Part shown: piece after piece, positions 10,819 to 20,432 of the stretch
How positions within the stretch are numbered: position 1 is the stretch's first letter
How the letters are laid out: each line of letters starts with the position of its first letter
Assembly: GCA_041748175.1 (NCBI GenBank)
Contig: JBGTDU010000152.1
Location: forward strand, 1,465 to 65,464
Direction of reading: 5' to 3'
DNA: 64,000 bases
Origin: Rubricoccaceae bacterium
GTDB lineage: Bacteria; Bacteroidota; Rhodothermia; Rhodothermales; Rubricoccaceae
Translations under genes and position numbers: made by a program
Notes under the pieces: generated by a model
Told to the model about the DNA's origin: nothing
Databases searched by the model: none
Seen by the model: the letters and a program-made list of their open reading frames with translations, nothing else

Positions 10819-12246
10819 TCAGGCGGTGGCTTTTGCCGCACCCGCCAGACGAAGGCGGTCCAATTCCTCGGACGCCTCGTCGGAAGCGGACGTTATACGA
10901 ATTGTGAGCATGGGGCCACCCACGCTGGTTGTTTCGGCAGACACAACTTTCGCGTATACGTCCTCGAACTCGCCGTCCGAGATCATAGGAATGGAAAGTT
11001 TGATGTCGGTCCGCTCAGCAACGGGCCGGGCCGTGAGCACAACCGCCTGTGTCGGCGATAAGCGGACGATCTCCGCCTTGAGACTGTCGTCGGCGATCTC
11101 CTTACCGTCGAGAACCATATAGGTGCACGAGAGCGGCACGGTGAGCGCCGTGAGTGGGTCCGACGTCGTTTGCGGAAGCTCCAGATTGTAGTCGCCGCCA
11201 ACGCCGGTTACGAAGTGCACGAGGATGCGTTCGACGAAGCCCTTCATGGCCACCTCTTGCGACGAGCCTATCCGAACACTGTCGCCTACTTTTTCTCGCG
11301 TGGTCGTGGAGATCACCACCTCGCCGGACGCGGCCAGGGCCTGGATGCGGCTCGTGAGGTTGACCGGGCTGCCGACGACCCCATACTTCGCTCTCTTCTC
11401 TGAGCCAATGTTTCCCACAACGACTTCTCCGGTATTCACCGCCACGCCCATTTCAAGTGCGCCAAGCCCACGGCGGAGCATCTCTTCGTTTACGTCCGTC
11501 ATGGCACACTGCATGGCAACGGCGCAGGCAACGGCTCGCTCGGCATGGTCGGCTCGCTGGATCGGCGCGCCAAAGATTACGAGGATCGCGTCGCCGATAA
11601 ATTCGTCGATCGTCCCCCCATACTCGTCAATGACGTCCGTCATGCGTCCCAGATAGGCGTTGAGGAGTTCCACGACGCGCTCGGGTTCCAGCCTCTCCGA
11701 GAGTGCCGTAAAACCACTGAGGTCGCTCATCAACACGCTTACCTCACGCCGCTCGCCGCCGAGGGCCAGCGAATCGGTATCGGCGAGAACGGCTTGGGCC
11801 ACTTCATCCGAGAGGTAGCGCCCGATTGCCTGGCGGACAAACACGGCCTCTCGCTCACGGCCAACCACTTCGCGCGCGTTGTTCAGCGTCACCTCCAGAT
11901 CCGAGAGATCGATTGGCTTGGTAAGAAAGTCGAATGCACCTTTGTTCATGGCCGTGCGGATGTTCTCCATGTCACCGTACGCCGTCACGACAATAGCCTT
12001 GTGCTGAAACTCGCGCTCTCTAAGGCGCCCGAGGAGCGTGAGTCCGTCCATCCTGGGCATGTTGATATCCGTGACGACAATCTCTATCCCCGGATTCAGC
12101 TCCAGCTTTTCGAGCGCATCGACGCCATCCGCCGCGAATTCAAGCTCGAAGAGACCATCCCGAACATGCCGCCGAAATTTCTGGCGGATGAGCGGAGCGA
12201 GGTCCGGCTCGTCGTCAACAAAGAGGATTTTGAGTACGGCCTCCAT
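10819..12246 (-). CDS. Response-regulator receiver fused to a class III adenylate/guanylate cyclase domain, with a C-terminal extension of unknown function
   Basis: REC block [10 protein letters not shown]...[12 protein letters not shown]. Cyclase blocks [31 protein letters not shown] and [16 protein letters not shown]. Start at the ATG at 12246 ([12 protein letters not shown]). The last ~120 aa are beta-rich and unassigned. Confidence 0.87.
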   Translation of the reverse strand: MEAVLKILFVDDEPDLAPLIRQKFRRHVRDGLFELEFAADGVDALEKLELNPGIEIVVTDINMPRMDGLTLLGRLREREFQHKAIVVTAYGDMENIRTAMNKGAFDFLTKPIDLSDLEVTLNNAREVVGREREAVFVRQAIGRYLSDEVAQAVLADTDSLALGGERREVSVLMSDLSGFTALSERLEPERVVELLNAYLGRMTDVIDEYGGTIDEFIGDAILVIFGAPIQRADHAERAVACAVAMQCAMTDVNEEMLRRGLGALEMGVAVNTGEVVVGNIGSEKRAKYGVVGSPVNLTSRIQALAASGEVVISTTTREKVGDSVRIGSSQEVAMKGFVERILVHFVTGVGGDYNLELPQTTSDPLTALTVPLSCTYMVLDGKEIADDSLKAEIVRLSPTQAVVLTARPVAERTDIKLSIPMISDGEFEDVYAKVVSAETTSVGGPMLTIRITSASDEASEELDRLRLAGAAKATA

Positions 12247-12403
12247 TACGCTTCGTCGGGTTTTGACAGGCGTAAAGTAGCAGTAGGCGCAAGGGCCTTC
12301 CAAGGCGCGCCGCGCAATACGTCGATATCACGACAGTTGTTGAGTGGTATTGGTCCTGTGTCGTATGCTTGCGCCCCGCATTCTGCTATGCCCACTGTTT
12401 CTC

Positions 12404-13450
12404 ATGCATCGGTTCATATTGAGTAGAGTTCTTCCTCTGGTTCTGTCCGCCCTTGTCGCGGGGGTAATTGGCATGAACGTGAGCGCTTCAACCCCGCCGC
12501 ACGTTCCGCACGTTGACCGTGTGGCATTCCCGGACACGACCGCCGAGCTTTCGTGGGCTAGCCGTCTTGTACGGCTTCACAGCGCGCTGACGCAAATCGG
12601 AGCTCAACCCGAGGACGAAAACGTCCCACAATGGGTCGCTGCCGCTTTCGAGGACGCGCAGGTCCTTGCGGCCAGGGAGGGGATGTTGGGAAATGCAAAC
12701 TTCCGCGAGATGTACGCGGAAGTTCACCGGCTCCATGAATCGTATCACGGCGTTGTGGCTCCTATCGAGCTTTCTCGAAGTGAGCTAACGTCGCTACGCG
12801 TCGTCCCCCTGGCTTTCCTTGCGTCTCTCGACCCAGCACTGCTGGTCGGTATCGATCTGCGAAAACCATTTTCCGAACCTGAGCCGGAGGTCGCAGAGGT
12901 GCCGTTAGCGCATGCGGTGCTTACGGTTCCGACATCGGAAGAACACGCCGTTTCCACGCAGCAGCAACGCATGATGCGCCAGTATGGTGGGCTACGGGGT
13001 ATGCGGAACGTCAGCCGAGCCTACTTCCCCATGATCGAACGTGCGCTTTTAAGACTTGGCGTGCCGGACGAAATGAAGTACGTCGCCGTTGTCGAGAGCA
13101 GCCTGGACCCCAACGCCGTGAGCGAGGATGGCGCAACGGGCCTGTGGCAATTCATGCCCGCGACGGGTGCGATGTACGGCCTATCCGAAGAAGATCTTCG
13201 AAGCCCGTCGAGATCGACAATCGCTGCTGCGCGTCATCTGGAGCGGCTCGGTCGCATGTTCAACGGCGACTGGCAGCTTGCGGCGGCCGCGTATAACGGC
13301 GGCGACGGTCGCGTCCTGAATGCTGTCAACAGAGTCCGCAACCGCCTTGGGCGAACACCGACGTACTGGGAAGTGTCACCGCTTCTCCCCGCAGAGACCC
13401 GCACGTATGTAGCGAAGTTTATCGCAACGGCCCGGGTGATGGGGGGCTGA
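12404..13450 (+). CDS. Lytic transglycosylase (SLT domain, MltD-like paralog without LysM)
   Basis: Catalytic block YFPMIERALLRLGVPDEMKYVAVVESSLDPNAVSEDGATGLWQF parallels the gene at 1704-3617. Start at the ATG at 12404, which gives a hydrophobic leader. Confidence 0.82.
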   Translation: MHRFILSRVLPLVLSALVAGVIGMNVSASTPPHVPHVDRVAFPDTTAELSWASRLVRLHSALTQIGAQPEDENVPQWVAAAFEDAQVLAAREGMLGNANFREMYAEVHRLHESYHGVVAPIELSRSELTSLRVVPLAFLASLDPALLVGIDLRKPFSEPEPEVAEVPLAHAVLTVPTSEEHAVSTQQQRMMRQYGGLRGMRNVSRAYFPMIERALLRLGVPDEMKYVAVVESSLDPNAVSEDGATGLWQFMPATGAMYGLSEEDLRSPSRSTIAAARHLERLGRMFNGDWQLAAAAYNGGDGRVLNAVNRVRNRLGRTPTYWEVSPLLPAETRTYVAKFIATARVMGG

Positions 13451-13561
13451 GATAGAATAGGCGGGGGACGGATGATCGTGCGGAGGTTCCTACTTGTTCA
13501 AAACAATCATCTTTAGACAGGGATCCGAATATCGAGTCCGTCCGGCTGTTCTAAAATGCGA

Positions 13562-13596
13562 AACACCCCGGCCGTGCGAACGACCGGGGTGTTTTT
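13562..13596. terminator. Bidirectional intrinsic terminator between convergent genes
   Basis: Stem aacaccccggccg / cgaccggggtgtt (one mismatch), 6-nt loop, then TTTTT on the + strand. An A-rich 5' flank gives a T-rich tail on the - strand. It sits 23 nt after the stop of the - strand T9SS gene. Confidence 0.75.
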
Positions 13597-13615
13597 ATCG
13601 ATTGGCTCCACGCGT

Positions 13616-15607
13616 CTAGCGGAGCAGCAACACCTTCATCGAAGACTGCACGCTTCCTGCCGCCTCCATTCGGATGAGGTAGACGCCGCTTGCAAGTCCG
13701 TTGCCATTGAACACGACTTCATGCCTACCCGCCGCAAACTGCCCGTTTGCGAGTTCGGCGACCTCACGGCCAAGCATGTCGAAGACGGCTAGACGAATCG
13801 TAGCCACCTCTGGAACGTCAAACGGGACGACTGCCTGCGGGTTGAATGGGTTTGGATAGGCCGCGTGCAATACGTAGCTCTCCGGAGTCTCTGGGCCATC
13901 CTCGTTTGCTGTTGGCGGAGGAGGAGCCGACTTGTCCGTGAAGAGCCGGATAACCGTGTCGTCCGGCGGTGTAGTGCCACCACCACCGAGATCGGCGATG
14001 ACCATCCGGCCGATCGGATAAACGAACTGAGAGCCGAACGTCCCGCCCGGATAAATTCCAGTTGGCAGCGTGTTGCGATAACAGTAATCGGCATAGAGGC
14101 CCTGGGTATTACAATCGACCCCATTCGTGCTCGTGCCCGACGGGTCCGGATCAATCTGGACATCACCATCGGTCAGAGGATCATAGATCGCACCTGCGCC
14201 ACCAAAACCAATCGCCGCCGTCTCGAACATGTCATACCCGTCTGCACGGTCCGGCATCATCCAGTAGACCCAATCCGTGATTGGTGTCCCCCCGCTGACT
14301 GGCCAGGCATCCACCCCCGTGAACATGTCCGCCCAATCCGCGAGCTCGGCTGCGTTGGCGTTGAGGAATGGAATCATTCGCACATCATCGGCACCCCCGT
14401 CGTCCGGGTCGCCGATGTTCCACAACTCAAAGGGCACCGTGGCGATTGTGAACCCGGCGAACGCGTACACGCCGAAGCCACCGGTCGCAGTGAACCTCAT
14501 TTCGAAGGCGTCGTGTATCGCTGTTTCAACGAATCGCCTGATACGATCCAGGGAGCCGTCGCCGCCACCGCCGCCCACGTAGTATTCGGCCGTCGAGTTA
14601 GGGTCGTGCCAGACCGTGTTGCCGCCATACTCAGCGCATCCCGACGCAGCCACTGCGCACGGATCGCCTGAGGGATGGACGCTCTCAACGATACCTGCGC
14701 CGTTGCCCGCAAAATTCGGAAATCCACCGCCTTCCGCAATCAACCGGAGGACCGTGCCTGTTTCCGGTGTGGTTCCGTCAGCGGCCAGGTCGCCAAATAC
14801 CATGCGGCCAACTGGATAAATGAAGCTGGAGGGCCCACCGTTGTTGACAAAGGGCTGATTCCGGTAACAGTAATTGACAAAAACACCTTGGGTGGCGCAA
14901 TCACCGCCAACGAAGGGATCAGGGTCTATCTGCGCGTCACCATCGGTAAGTGGGTCGTAGATCGACCCGGCTCCACCAAATCCCACTGCAGCGGCCTCGA
15001 ACATATCGTAGCCGTCAGCCCGGTCGGGCATCATCCAGTAGACCCAATCCGAGATGGGCGTTCCCCCGCTCACGGGCCACGCATCCACTCCTGTGAACAT
15101 GTCCGCCCAGTCGGCGACAGCGACGCCGTTGGCGTTGATGAAGGGAATCATCCGAACATCATCGCCGCTATCCGAAGGCTCACCAATGTTCCAGAGCTCG
15201 AAGGGCACGGAGATTATCTCGAAGCCCGCAAATCCGTAGATGCCGAACCCGCCACTGGCGGTAAAGCGCATTTCAAACTGATCCGTCCCTACGGCTTCGA
15301 TGAAGCGGCTCAGCCGGTCGAGGCCGCCCGTACCACCACCCGCCGAAACGTAGTAGTCAGCGCTTACGCTTGGATCGTGCCACACGGTATTGCCTCCGTA
15401 CTCAAGACAGCCCGGCGTAGAGGGTGCCGCGCATGGGTCACCCGAGGGGTGAGCAATCTCTATGATTCCCGCGCCACCACCAGCCCAACTGGATGTGGTT
15501 CGGAGTCCCGGGTCGTCATCTTGTGCTGCGACAGGTGCGCTAACGAGAGTCAGGCTAACAAGCCCGCATAACATCACCGCGCAGACTTTGGCGTAGAAAG
15601 CAGTCAT
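13616..15607 (-). CDS. Secreted protein with two tandem ~258-aa repeats and a T9SS (Por) C-terminal sorting domain
   Basis: Signal peptide MTAFYAKVCAVMLCGLVSLTLVSAPVAAQ (ATG at 15607). C-terminal domain AYPNPFNPQAVVPFDVPEVATIRLAVFDMLGREV...GVYLIRMEAAGSVQSSMKVLLLR is a classic T9SS type A tail. The body domain is not recognised. Confidence 0.85.
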   Translation of the reverse strand: MTAFYAKVCAVMLCGLVSLTLVSAPVAAQDDDPGLRTTSSWAGGGAGIIEIAHPSGDPCAAPSTPGCLEYGGNTVWHDPSVSADYYVSAGGGTGGLDRLSRFIEAVGTDQFEMRFTASGGFGIYGFAGFEIISVPFELWNIGEPSDSGDDVRMIPFINANGVAVADWADMFTGVDAWPVSGGTPISDWVYWMMPDRADGYDMFEAAAVGFGGAGSIYDPLTDGDAQIDPDPFVGGDCATQGVFVNYCYRNQPFVNNGGPSSFIYPVGRMVFGDLAADGTTPETGTVLRLIAEGGGFPNFAGNGAGIVESVHPSGDPCAVAASGCAEYGGNTVWHDPNSTAEYYVGGGGGDGSLDRIRRFVETAIHDAFEMRFTATGGFGVYAFAGFTIATVPFELWNIGDPDDGGADDVRMIPFLNANAAELADWADMFTGVDAWPVSGGTPITDWVYWMMPDRADGYDMFETAAIGFGGAGAIYDPLTDGDVQIDPDPSGTSTNGVDCNTQGLYADYCYRNTLPTGIYPGGTFGSQFVYPIGRMVIADLGGGGTTPPDDTVIRLFTDKSAPPPPTANEDGPETPESYVLHAAYPNPFNPQAVVPFDVPEVATIRLAVFDMLGREVAELANGQFAAGRHEVVFNGNGLASGVYLIRMEAAGSVQSSMKVLLLR
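13928..15475 (-). repeat. Intragenic tandem duplication, 2 x 774 nt
   Basis: GAGIIEIAHPSGDPC... starts at 15475 and GAGIVESVHPSGDPC... starts at 14701, an offset of exactly 774 nt. Long conserved blocks such as VPFELWNIG, DVRMIPF, ADWADMFTGVDAWPVSGGTPI(S/T)DWVYWMMPDRADGYDMFE occur in both units. The off-frame ORFs at 15054 and 14277 also mirror each other. Confidence 0.9.
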
Positions 15608-15794
15608 GGCCGTATTGGTTTGGAGAAAGGGATGGCGGAAAGAGGCCGGTATGCATCGACCCAATCCATAGTGGGTTACAGTATAAGACAGAACAATAGA
15701 ATAGCGCCACGTGAACCCCCGCCCCAGAACGATTATCCTGGTTCGGAAACTTGGTCTCCCGGCGCATCCACAAAGCGTCGCCAACCCTTCCATA

Positions 15795-16550
15795 TTAGCC
15801 CGACAGTACCGCCTTCATATACTCTCGCCGCATGGTCGCAATGGCGGAGACGGAGATTCCTTTCGGGCACACCGCCTCGCATTCGGCGTGGTTGGAACAG
15901 TCGCCGAAGCCTTCCGCTTCCATCTGGTCAACCATATTTACGACGCGGCGGTGGCGCTCGGGCTTGCCCTGCGGAAGCATGGCAAGGTGGGCAATCTTCG
16001 ACGCCGTAAACAGAGACGCCGACGAATTCGGGCAGGCCGCGACGCATGCGCCACAGCCAATGCACGAGGCATAGTCCATAGCCAGGTCGGCGTCGTCTTT
16101 GGTTATTGGCAGCGCGTTGGCATCCGGCGCGCCGCCCGTGTTCACCGACACGTAGCCGCCAGCCGCAATGATGCGGTCGAAGGCGCTACGGTCGACCACC
16201 AGGTCTTTGATGATCGGGAACGCTGTCGCTCTCCACGGCTCAACGACGATGGTGTCTCCATCGTTGAAGTGACGCATGTGAAGCTGGCAGACGGCTGTGC
16301 GTGGTTGCGGTCCGTGCGCCACGCCTCCAACCATCAAGCCGCAGGATCCACAAATCCCTTCCCGGCAGTCGTTGTCGAACTCAACGGGTTCTTCGCCCTT
16401 CTTTATCAACTGCTCGTTCAGCACGTCCAACAGTTCGAGAAACGACATATGCTCGTTGGCATCCGCAACAGTGTAGTCCGTCATCCGGCCGGCCGCGTCA
16501 GGCCCGGACTGTCGCCAGATTTCGAGGTGGATCGTCATTCGCCCCTTCAT
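15795..16550 (-). CDS. sdhB: Succinate dehydrogenase/fumarate reductase iron-sulfur subunit
   Basis: 2Fe-2S block [10 protein letters not shown] and ferredoxin-type blocks [12 protein letters not shown] and [12 protein letters not shown]. Overlaps sdhA by 4 nt. Confidence 0.93.
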   Translation of the reverse strand: MKGRMTIHLEIWRQSGPDAAGRMTDYTVADANEHMSFLELLDVLNEQLIKKGEEPVEFDNDCREGICGSCGLMVGGVAHGPQPRTAVCQLHMRHFNDGDTIVVEPWRATAFPIIKDLVVDRSAFDRIIAAGGYVSVNTGGAPDANALPITKDDADLAMDYASCIGCGACVAACPNSSASLFTASKIAHLAMLPQGKPERHRRVVNMVDQMEAEGFGDCSNHAECEAVCPKGISVSAIATMRREYMKAVLSG

Positions 16551-18508
16551 TTATACGATCGCGTTGATGGTCGGACATACTCAAACTCCAGATCCTCGCG
16601 GTGCAACCGTGGTTTTGCGTGATCGCCGGAATGCTCCCAGGCAGCCACGTACGAGAAGTCCTCATCGTCGCGCTGCGCCTCTCCTTCTGGGGTCTGGTAT
16701 TCTTCCCGGAAATGCCCACCGGAGGATTCTTCCCGGTGCAATGCGTCCCGCGCCATCAGCTCTCCCAATTCCAGGAAATCGCCCACTCGGCCTGCAAATT
16801 CAAGGTTCTTATTCAGGTTGTCGTTGCTGCCGGCAACGTTAACGTTTTGCCAGTATTCATCCCGCAGATTACTGATTGCATCCGCTGCCTGGAGGAGACC
16901 GGCGTGGTTGCGCGACATGCCCACGAAATCCCACATGATGTGCCCAAGCTCGCGATGGAATTCGGATACCGTCCGATCACCCTTAATGTTGAGCAGACGC
17001 TGCAGCCGCTCGTTTGCCGCTTGCTCAGCATCCACGAACGCGCTGTGCCCGGTGGTCAGTTCGCTAGGTTCCGCGCCCGCTATATACCCTCCGAGCGTGT
17101 ACGGGATGACGAAGTAGCCGTCCGCGAGGCCCTGCATGAGCGCGCTGGCACCAAGCCGGTTGGCGCCGTGGTCGGAGAAGTTGGCTTCGCCGAGCACGAA
17201 CAGGCCGGGGACGGTTGACATCAATTCGTAATCCACCCAGAGGCCGCCCATCGTGTAGTGCACCGCGGGGAAAATGCGCATCGGCACTTCGTACGGCGTG
17301 TCACCCGTGATCCGTTCGTACATCTCGAACAGGTTGCCGTAGCGGTCCTCGATAGCATCTCGACCAAGTCTTTGGATGGCATCGCGGAAATCAAGGTAAA
17401 CAGCCAGGTCCGTGGGCCCCACACCGCGACCTTCGTCGGTGACGACCTTGGCGGCACGGGAGGCCACATCACGCGGGACCAGATTGCCGAAGCTGGGGTA
17501 GCGGCGCTCCAGATAGTAATCCCGCTCCTCCTCCGGAATCTGACTGGGAGGTCGTGTGTCGGCCCCATCCTTTGGAACCCAAACCCTGCCATCGTTTCGC
17601 AAGCTTTCGCTCATCAGCGTCAGCTTGGACTGGTAGTCGCCGGAGACCGGGATGCAGGTGGGGTGGATCTGGGTGAAACACGGGTTGGCGAAATACGCGC
17701 CGCGCTTGTAGCATCGCCACGCAGCCGTCACGTTTGAGTTTTTGGCGTTGGTGGAGAGATAGTAGGCGTTGCCGTAGCCGCCCGTACACAAAAGCACCGC
17801 GTCACCGAGGTGTCTTTCGAGAGCTCCCGTAACGAGGTTTCGCGCGATAATCCCGCGAGCCCGACCGTCAATGGTGACCAGATCGAGCATCTCGCGGCGA
17901 GGCAGCATCTCGACGCGGCCCTCCTCAATCTGATGGCTGAGCGCCTGGTACGCCCCCAACAAAAGCTGCTGCCCGGTTTGGCCGCGAGCATAAAACGTGC
18001 GCGATACCTGCGCCCCGCCGAACGAGCGATTGTCCAGCAAGCCGCCGTACTCGCGCGCGAACGGGACTCCCTGCGCAACGGCCTGGTCGATGATGTTGTT
18101 TGAGATCTGCGCGAGCCGGTACACGTTGGCTTCGCGAGAGCGGTAGTCGCCTCCCTTGATCGTGTCGTAGAAGAGCCGCCAGATGGTATCGCCGTCGTTG
18201 GGGTAATTCTTTGCCGCATTGATTCCGCCCTGGGCTGCGATGCTGTGCGCACGCCGCGCCGAGTCCTGGATGCAAAAGCTCTTGACGTGATATCCCAGAC
18301 CAGCCAGTGTTGCCGCGGCAGAAGCTCCTGCCAGACCCGTCCCCACAACAAGGATGGTGTGCTTCCGCTTGTTCGCGGGATTGACGAGAACCGCGTTATT
18401 CTTGTACGTATCCCACTTGTCTTGTAGACGCCCCGCCGGCACCTTGGCGTAAAGCTCAGATGCAAGATCACGTTGGTGGACGGGAGGCTCGGCAACGACG
18501 GATTCCAT
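16547..18508 (-). CDS. sdhA: Succinate dehydrogenase/fumarate reductase flavoprotein subunit (Bacteroidetes-type)
   Basis: FAD fold [12 protein letters not shown], covalent-FAD His region [14 protein letters not shown], and substrate/capping domain blocks [10 protein letters not shown] and [18 protein letters not shown]. Confidence 0.94.
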   Translation of the reverse strand: MESVVAEPPVHQRDLASELYAKVPAGRLQDKWDTYKNNAVLVNPANKRKHTILVVGTGLAGASAAATLAGLGYHVKSFCIQDSARRAHSIAAQGGINAAKNYPNDGDTIWRLFYDTIKGGDYRSREANVYRLAQISNNIIDQAVAQGVPFAREYGGLLDNRSFGGAQVSRTFYARGQTGQQLLLGAYQALSHQIEEGRVEMLPRREMLDLVTIDGRARGIIARNLVTGALERHLGDAVLLCTGGYGNAYYLSTNAKNSNVTAAWRCYKRGAYFANPCFTQIHPTCIPVSGDYQSKLTLMSESLRNDGRVWVPKDGADTRPPSQIPEEERDYYLERRYPSFGNLVPRDVASRAAKVVTDEGRGVGPTDLAVYLDFRDAIQRLGRDAIEDRYGNLFEMYERITGDTPYEVPMRIFPAVHYTMGGLWVDYELMSTVPGLFVLGEANFSDHGANRLGASALMQGLADGYFVIPYTLGGYIAGAEPSELTTGHSAFVDAEQAANERLQRLLNIKGDRTVSEFHRELGHIMWDFVGMSRNHAGLLQAADAISNLRDEYWQNVNVAGSNDNLNKNLEFAGRVGDFLELGELMARDALHREESSGGHFREEYQTPEGEAQRDDEDFSYVAAWEHSGDHAKPRLHREDLEFEYVRPSTRSYK

Positions 18509-18511
18509 ACG

Positions 18512-19270
18512 CTAAGCGCCAAAGAAAATGTATAGCGGCAACACGAGGAATCCGACTGCGATAAGCACCGCCAGAACGCCGCCAAGCGCATAGACCACGG
18601 GTGTCAACCTCGGGTTCATAGCACCCAGCGACTGAAACGCGCTCCACACGCCGTGCCGCAGGTGCAGACCGAGAAGGATCATCACCGCGATGTATCCAAA
18701 GGCGTAATACCAGTGCTGAAATTTCTCCGTGACCAACCGCTTCAGATCGCGAATCACAACCTCATCGCCAACGACGGCCGTTTGGTCAGGGCCAAAATCA
18801 ATTGCTTCCTGGATGGCCTCGCCGTGCGTGTCGGCGAAATATCCATCCTCGATTCCCGGCCCAAACTTGAACGTCTTTAGGTGAATTACGGTGAAAATGA
18901 GCAGCACGATGCCGGTGATGATCATTGACCGCGAGCTGAGCGATTGTTTGCTCGCGCCGCCTTGCGTGCGGTACGTCGAGTAGCCCTGCCTCCGCGCCCT
19001 CCGTTTCCCCAGGTAGATATTGATACCCAGGTAGGCGTGCAACAGAAACACGGCGAGTAGCCCCAACTCAACGACGATAAGCAGAGGCCCGAGGTTGAGA
19101 AGCTTGTCCGCGTATTTGTTATAGGCGCCCGGCCCGGCGAAGTACGAGAGGTTTCCCGCCATGTGCATGATCACAAACAGGACGAGGCTCAGGCCGGTGA
19201 TCCCCGTAAGAATCTTCTTGCCCACCGTCGATTGCAACGCCGACATCAACGTGGTTTCCCTGGTACTCAT
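18512..19270 (-). CDS. sdhC: Succinate dehydrogenase cytochrome b subunit (b558-type membrane anchor)
   Basis: Five predicted TM helices with conserved His residues (VIMHMAGN, FLLHAYLG, HLKTF, LHLRHGVW). First gene of the sdhCAB order. Start placed at the ATG at 19270; 19246 is also possible. Confidence 0.85.
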   Translation of the reverse strand: MSTRETTLMSALQSTVGKKILTGITGLSLVLFVIMHMAGNLSYFAGPGAYNKYADKLLNLGPLLIVVELGLLAVFLLHAYLGINIYLGKRRARRQGYSTYRTQGGASKQSLSSRSMIITGIVLLIFTVIHLKTFKFGPGIEDGYFADTHGEAIQEAIDFGPDQTAVVGDEVVIRDLKRLVTEKFQHWYYAFGYIAVMILLGLHLRHGVWSAFQSLGAMNPRLTPVVYALGGVLAVLIAVGFLVLPLYIFFGA

Positions 19271-19456
19271 ACGGTGGGGCGACAGGTCGTTTTTCTTTGG
19301 CGGAGAAAGGTACTCGAATGTTGGATAGGCCGCCTTTCGATTGGTCCAACAGGGCATGTCGCGGTGAACCAAAAATGCGACTTCGCCCACCTTTCAAGAG
19401 AGGCCGCTCAGTGATATAATGGGCCAGCATCTCATCCCACCACCGCGCCTTCCCGA
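19271..19456. promoter_or_regulatory. Divergent promoter/control region shared by the two complex II operons (inferred from gene layout only)
   Basis: 186-nt gap between the first genes of two oppositely oriented operons. No specific boxes could be assigned. Confidence 0.45.
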
Positions 19457-20275
19457 ATGCCAGACCTGATACACCCCGGAGGACATCGTATTGGATTGGC
19501 GGCGAACGCCCGGGATGATCGGTGGTGGATAGCGCCTGTAAGCGTCTTGTTGGGATTGAGTGCCTTCGTCGTGTATGCGACGTGGGCGGCATTGCAAGGG
19601 GCTCACTACTATGCAGGCCCGTATCTCTCTCCGTTTTACTCCCCCGTTCTCTTCACGGATCTCTCGGCGGCGGGTGCCGCGCCGGTAGAACACGCGTGGT
19701 TTGGTACGTGGCCTTCGTGGTGGCCGTCGTTCCTTCCGGCCTCACCCGCGATGCTCATCCTGATCTTTCCCGGCCTGTTTCGGTTTACGTGCTACTACTA
19801 CCGGAAAGCCTACTACCGAGCTTTTACATGGACGCCGCCTGCCTGCGCCGTTGCCGGGCTCCCTCGGAAAAACTACAAAGGCGAGCGGGGGCTGTTGATC
19901 ATTCAAAACCTCCATCGCTATACGCTCTACCCAGCGCTCGTCTACATCGTGATTCTCTACTACGATGCCTTCCTCGCGTTTTTCCACGAAGGGGAATTGG
20001 GGATTGGCGTCGGCACGGTCGTGTTGCTCCTTAACGCGACGCTGCTGGCGAGCTACACGTTTGGCTGCCACGCGCTCCGGCATCTGGTCGGCGGCGGCTC
20101 CGACTGCTTCTCATGCAGCGCGGCAAGGCACAAGTCGTGGAAGGGCGTCTCCTTCCTTAACCGCAACCACGGAGCGTGGGCGTGGGCCAGCCTCTTCTGG
20201 GTCGGCTTCACGGACTTCTACGTCCGCATGGTGTCGATGGGCGTCTTTACGGATTTCAATACGTGGGGCGGCTAG
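19457..20275 (+). CDS. Membrane anchor subunit of a second, non-canonical succinate dehydrogenase (resembles the actinobacterial Sdh1 anchor type)
   Basis: Polytopic membrane protein directly upstream of a second flavoprotein and FeS subunit, in anchor-flavoprotein-FeS order. Has a Cys/His-rich segment FGCHALRHLVGGGSDCFSCSAARH. The family assignment is by recollection of this architecture, not by search. Confidence 0.65.
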   Translation: MPDLIHPGGHRIGLAANARDDRWWIAPVSVLLGLSAFVVYATWAALQGAHYYAGPYLSPFYSPVLFTDLSAAGAAPVEHAWFGTWPSWWPSFLPASPAMLILIFPGLFRFTCYYYRKAYYRAFTWTPPACAVAGLPRKNYKGERGLLIIQNLHRYTLYPALVYIVILYYDAFLAFFHEGELGIGVGTVVLLLNATLLASYTFGCHALRHLVGGGSDCFSCSAARHKSWKGVSFLNRNHGAWAWASLFWVGFTDFYVRMVSMGVFTDFNTWGG

Positions 20276-20314
20276 GATTACGAGCTATGCGCATAACCTG
20301 CTATCCATCATCGT

Positions 20315-20341
20315 GTCATCCCGAGCGAAGTCGAGGGATCT
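20315..20341 (+). repeat. REP/MITE-like element copy (GTCATCCcGAGCGAAGtcGAgGGATCT)
   Basis: Near-identical to the reverse complement of 51609-51638 and related to 51468-51499 and 51541-51576. Lies in the 157-nt gap between the anchor and flavoprotein genes. Confidence 0.75.
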
Positions 20342-20432
20342 GCTTTCAGAATGGCGTCGCGCAAGTACGTGCGGTATGGCGGCCTGAGAGACTTCTCCGC
20401 AGCCTAATACTGACTGAGATCCACGTATCAGA

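Noticed and set aside
15711-16622. 303-aa plus-strand ORF over sdhB. Similar long antisense ORFs occur at 309-1244, 9681-10259, 11545-12426, 28382-29101, 41143-42040, 52497-53495 and 57018-57824.
   Set aside because: All lie opposite strongly supported genes and have Arg/Pro/Gly-biased, motif-free translations. They are GC-driven open frames, not genes.
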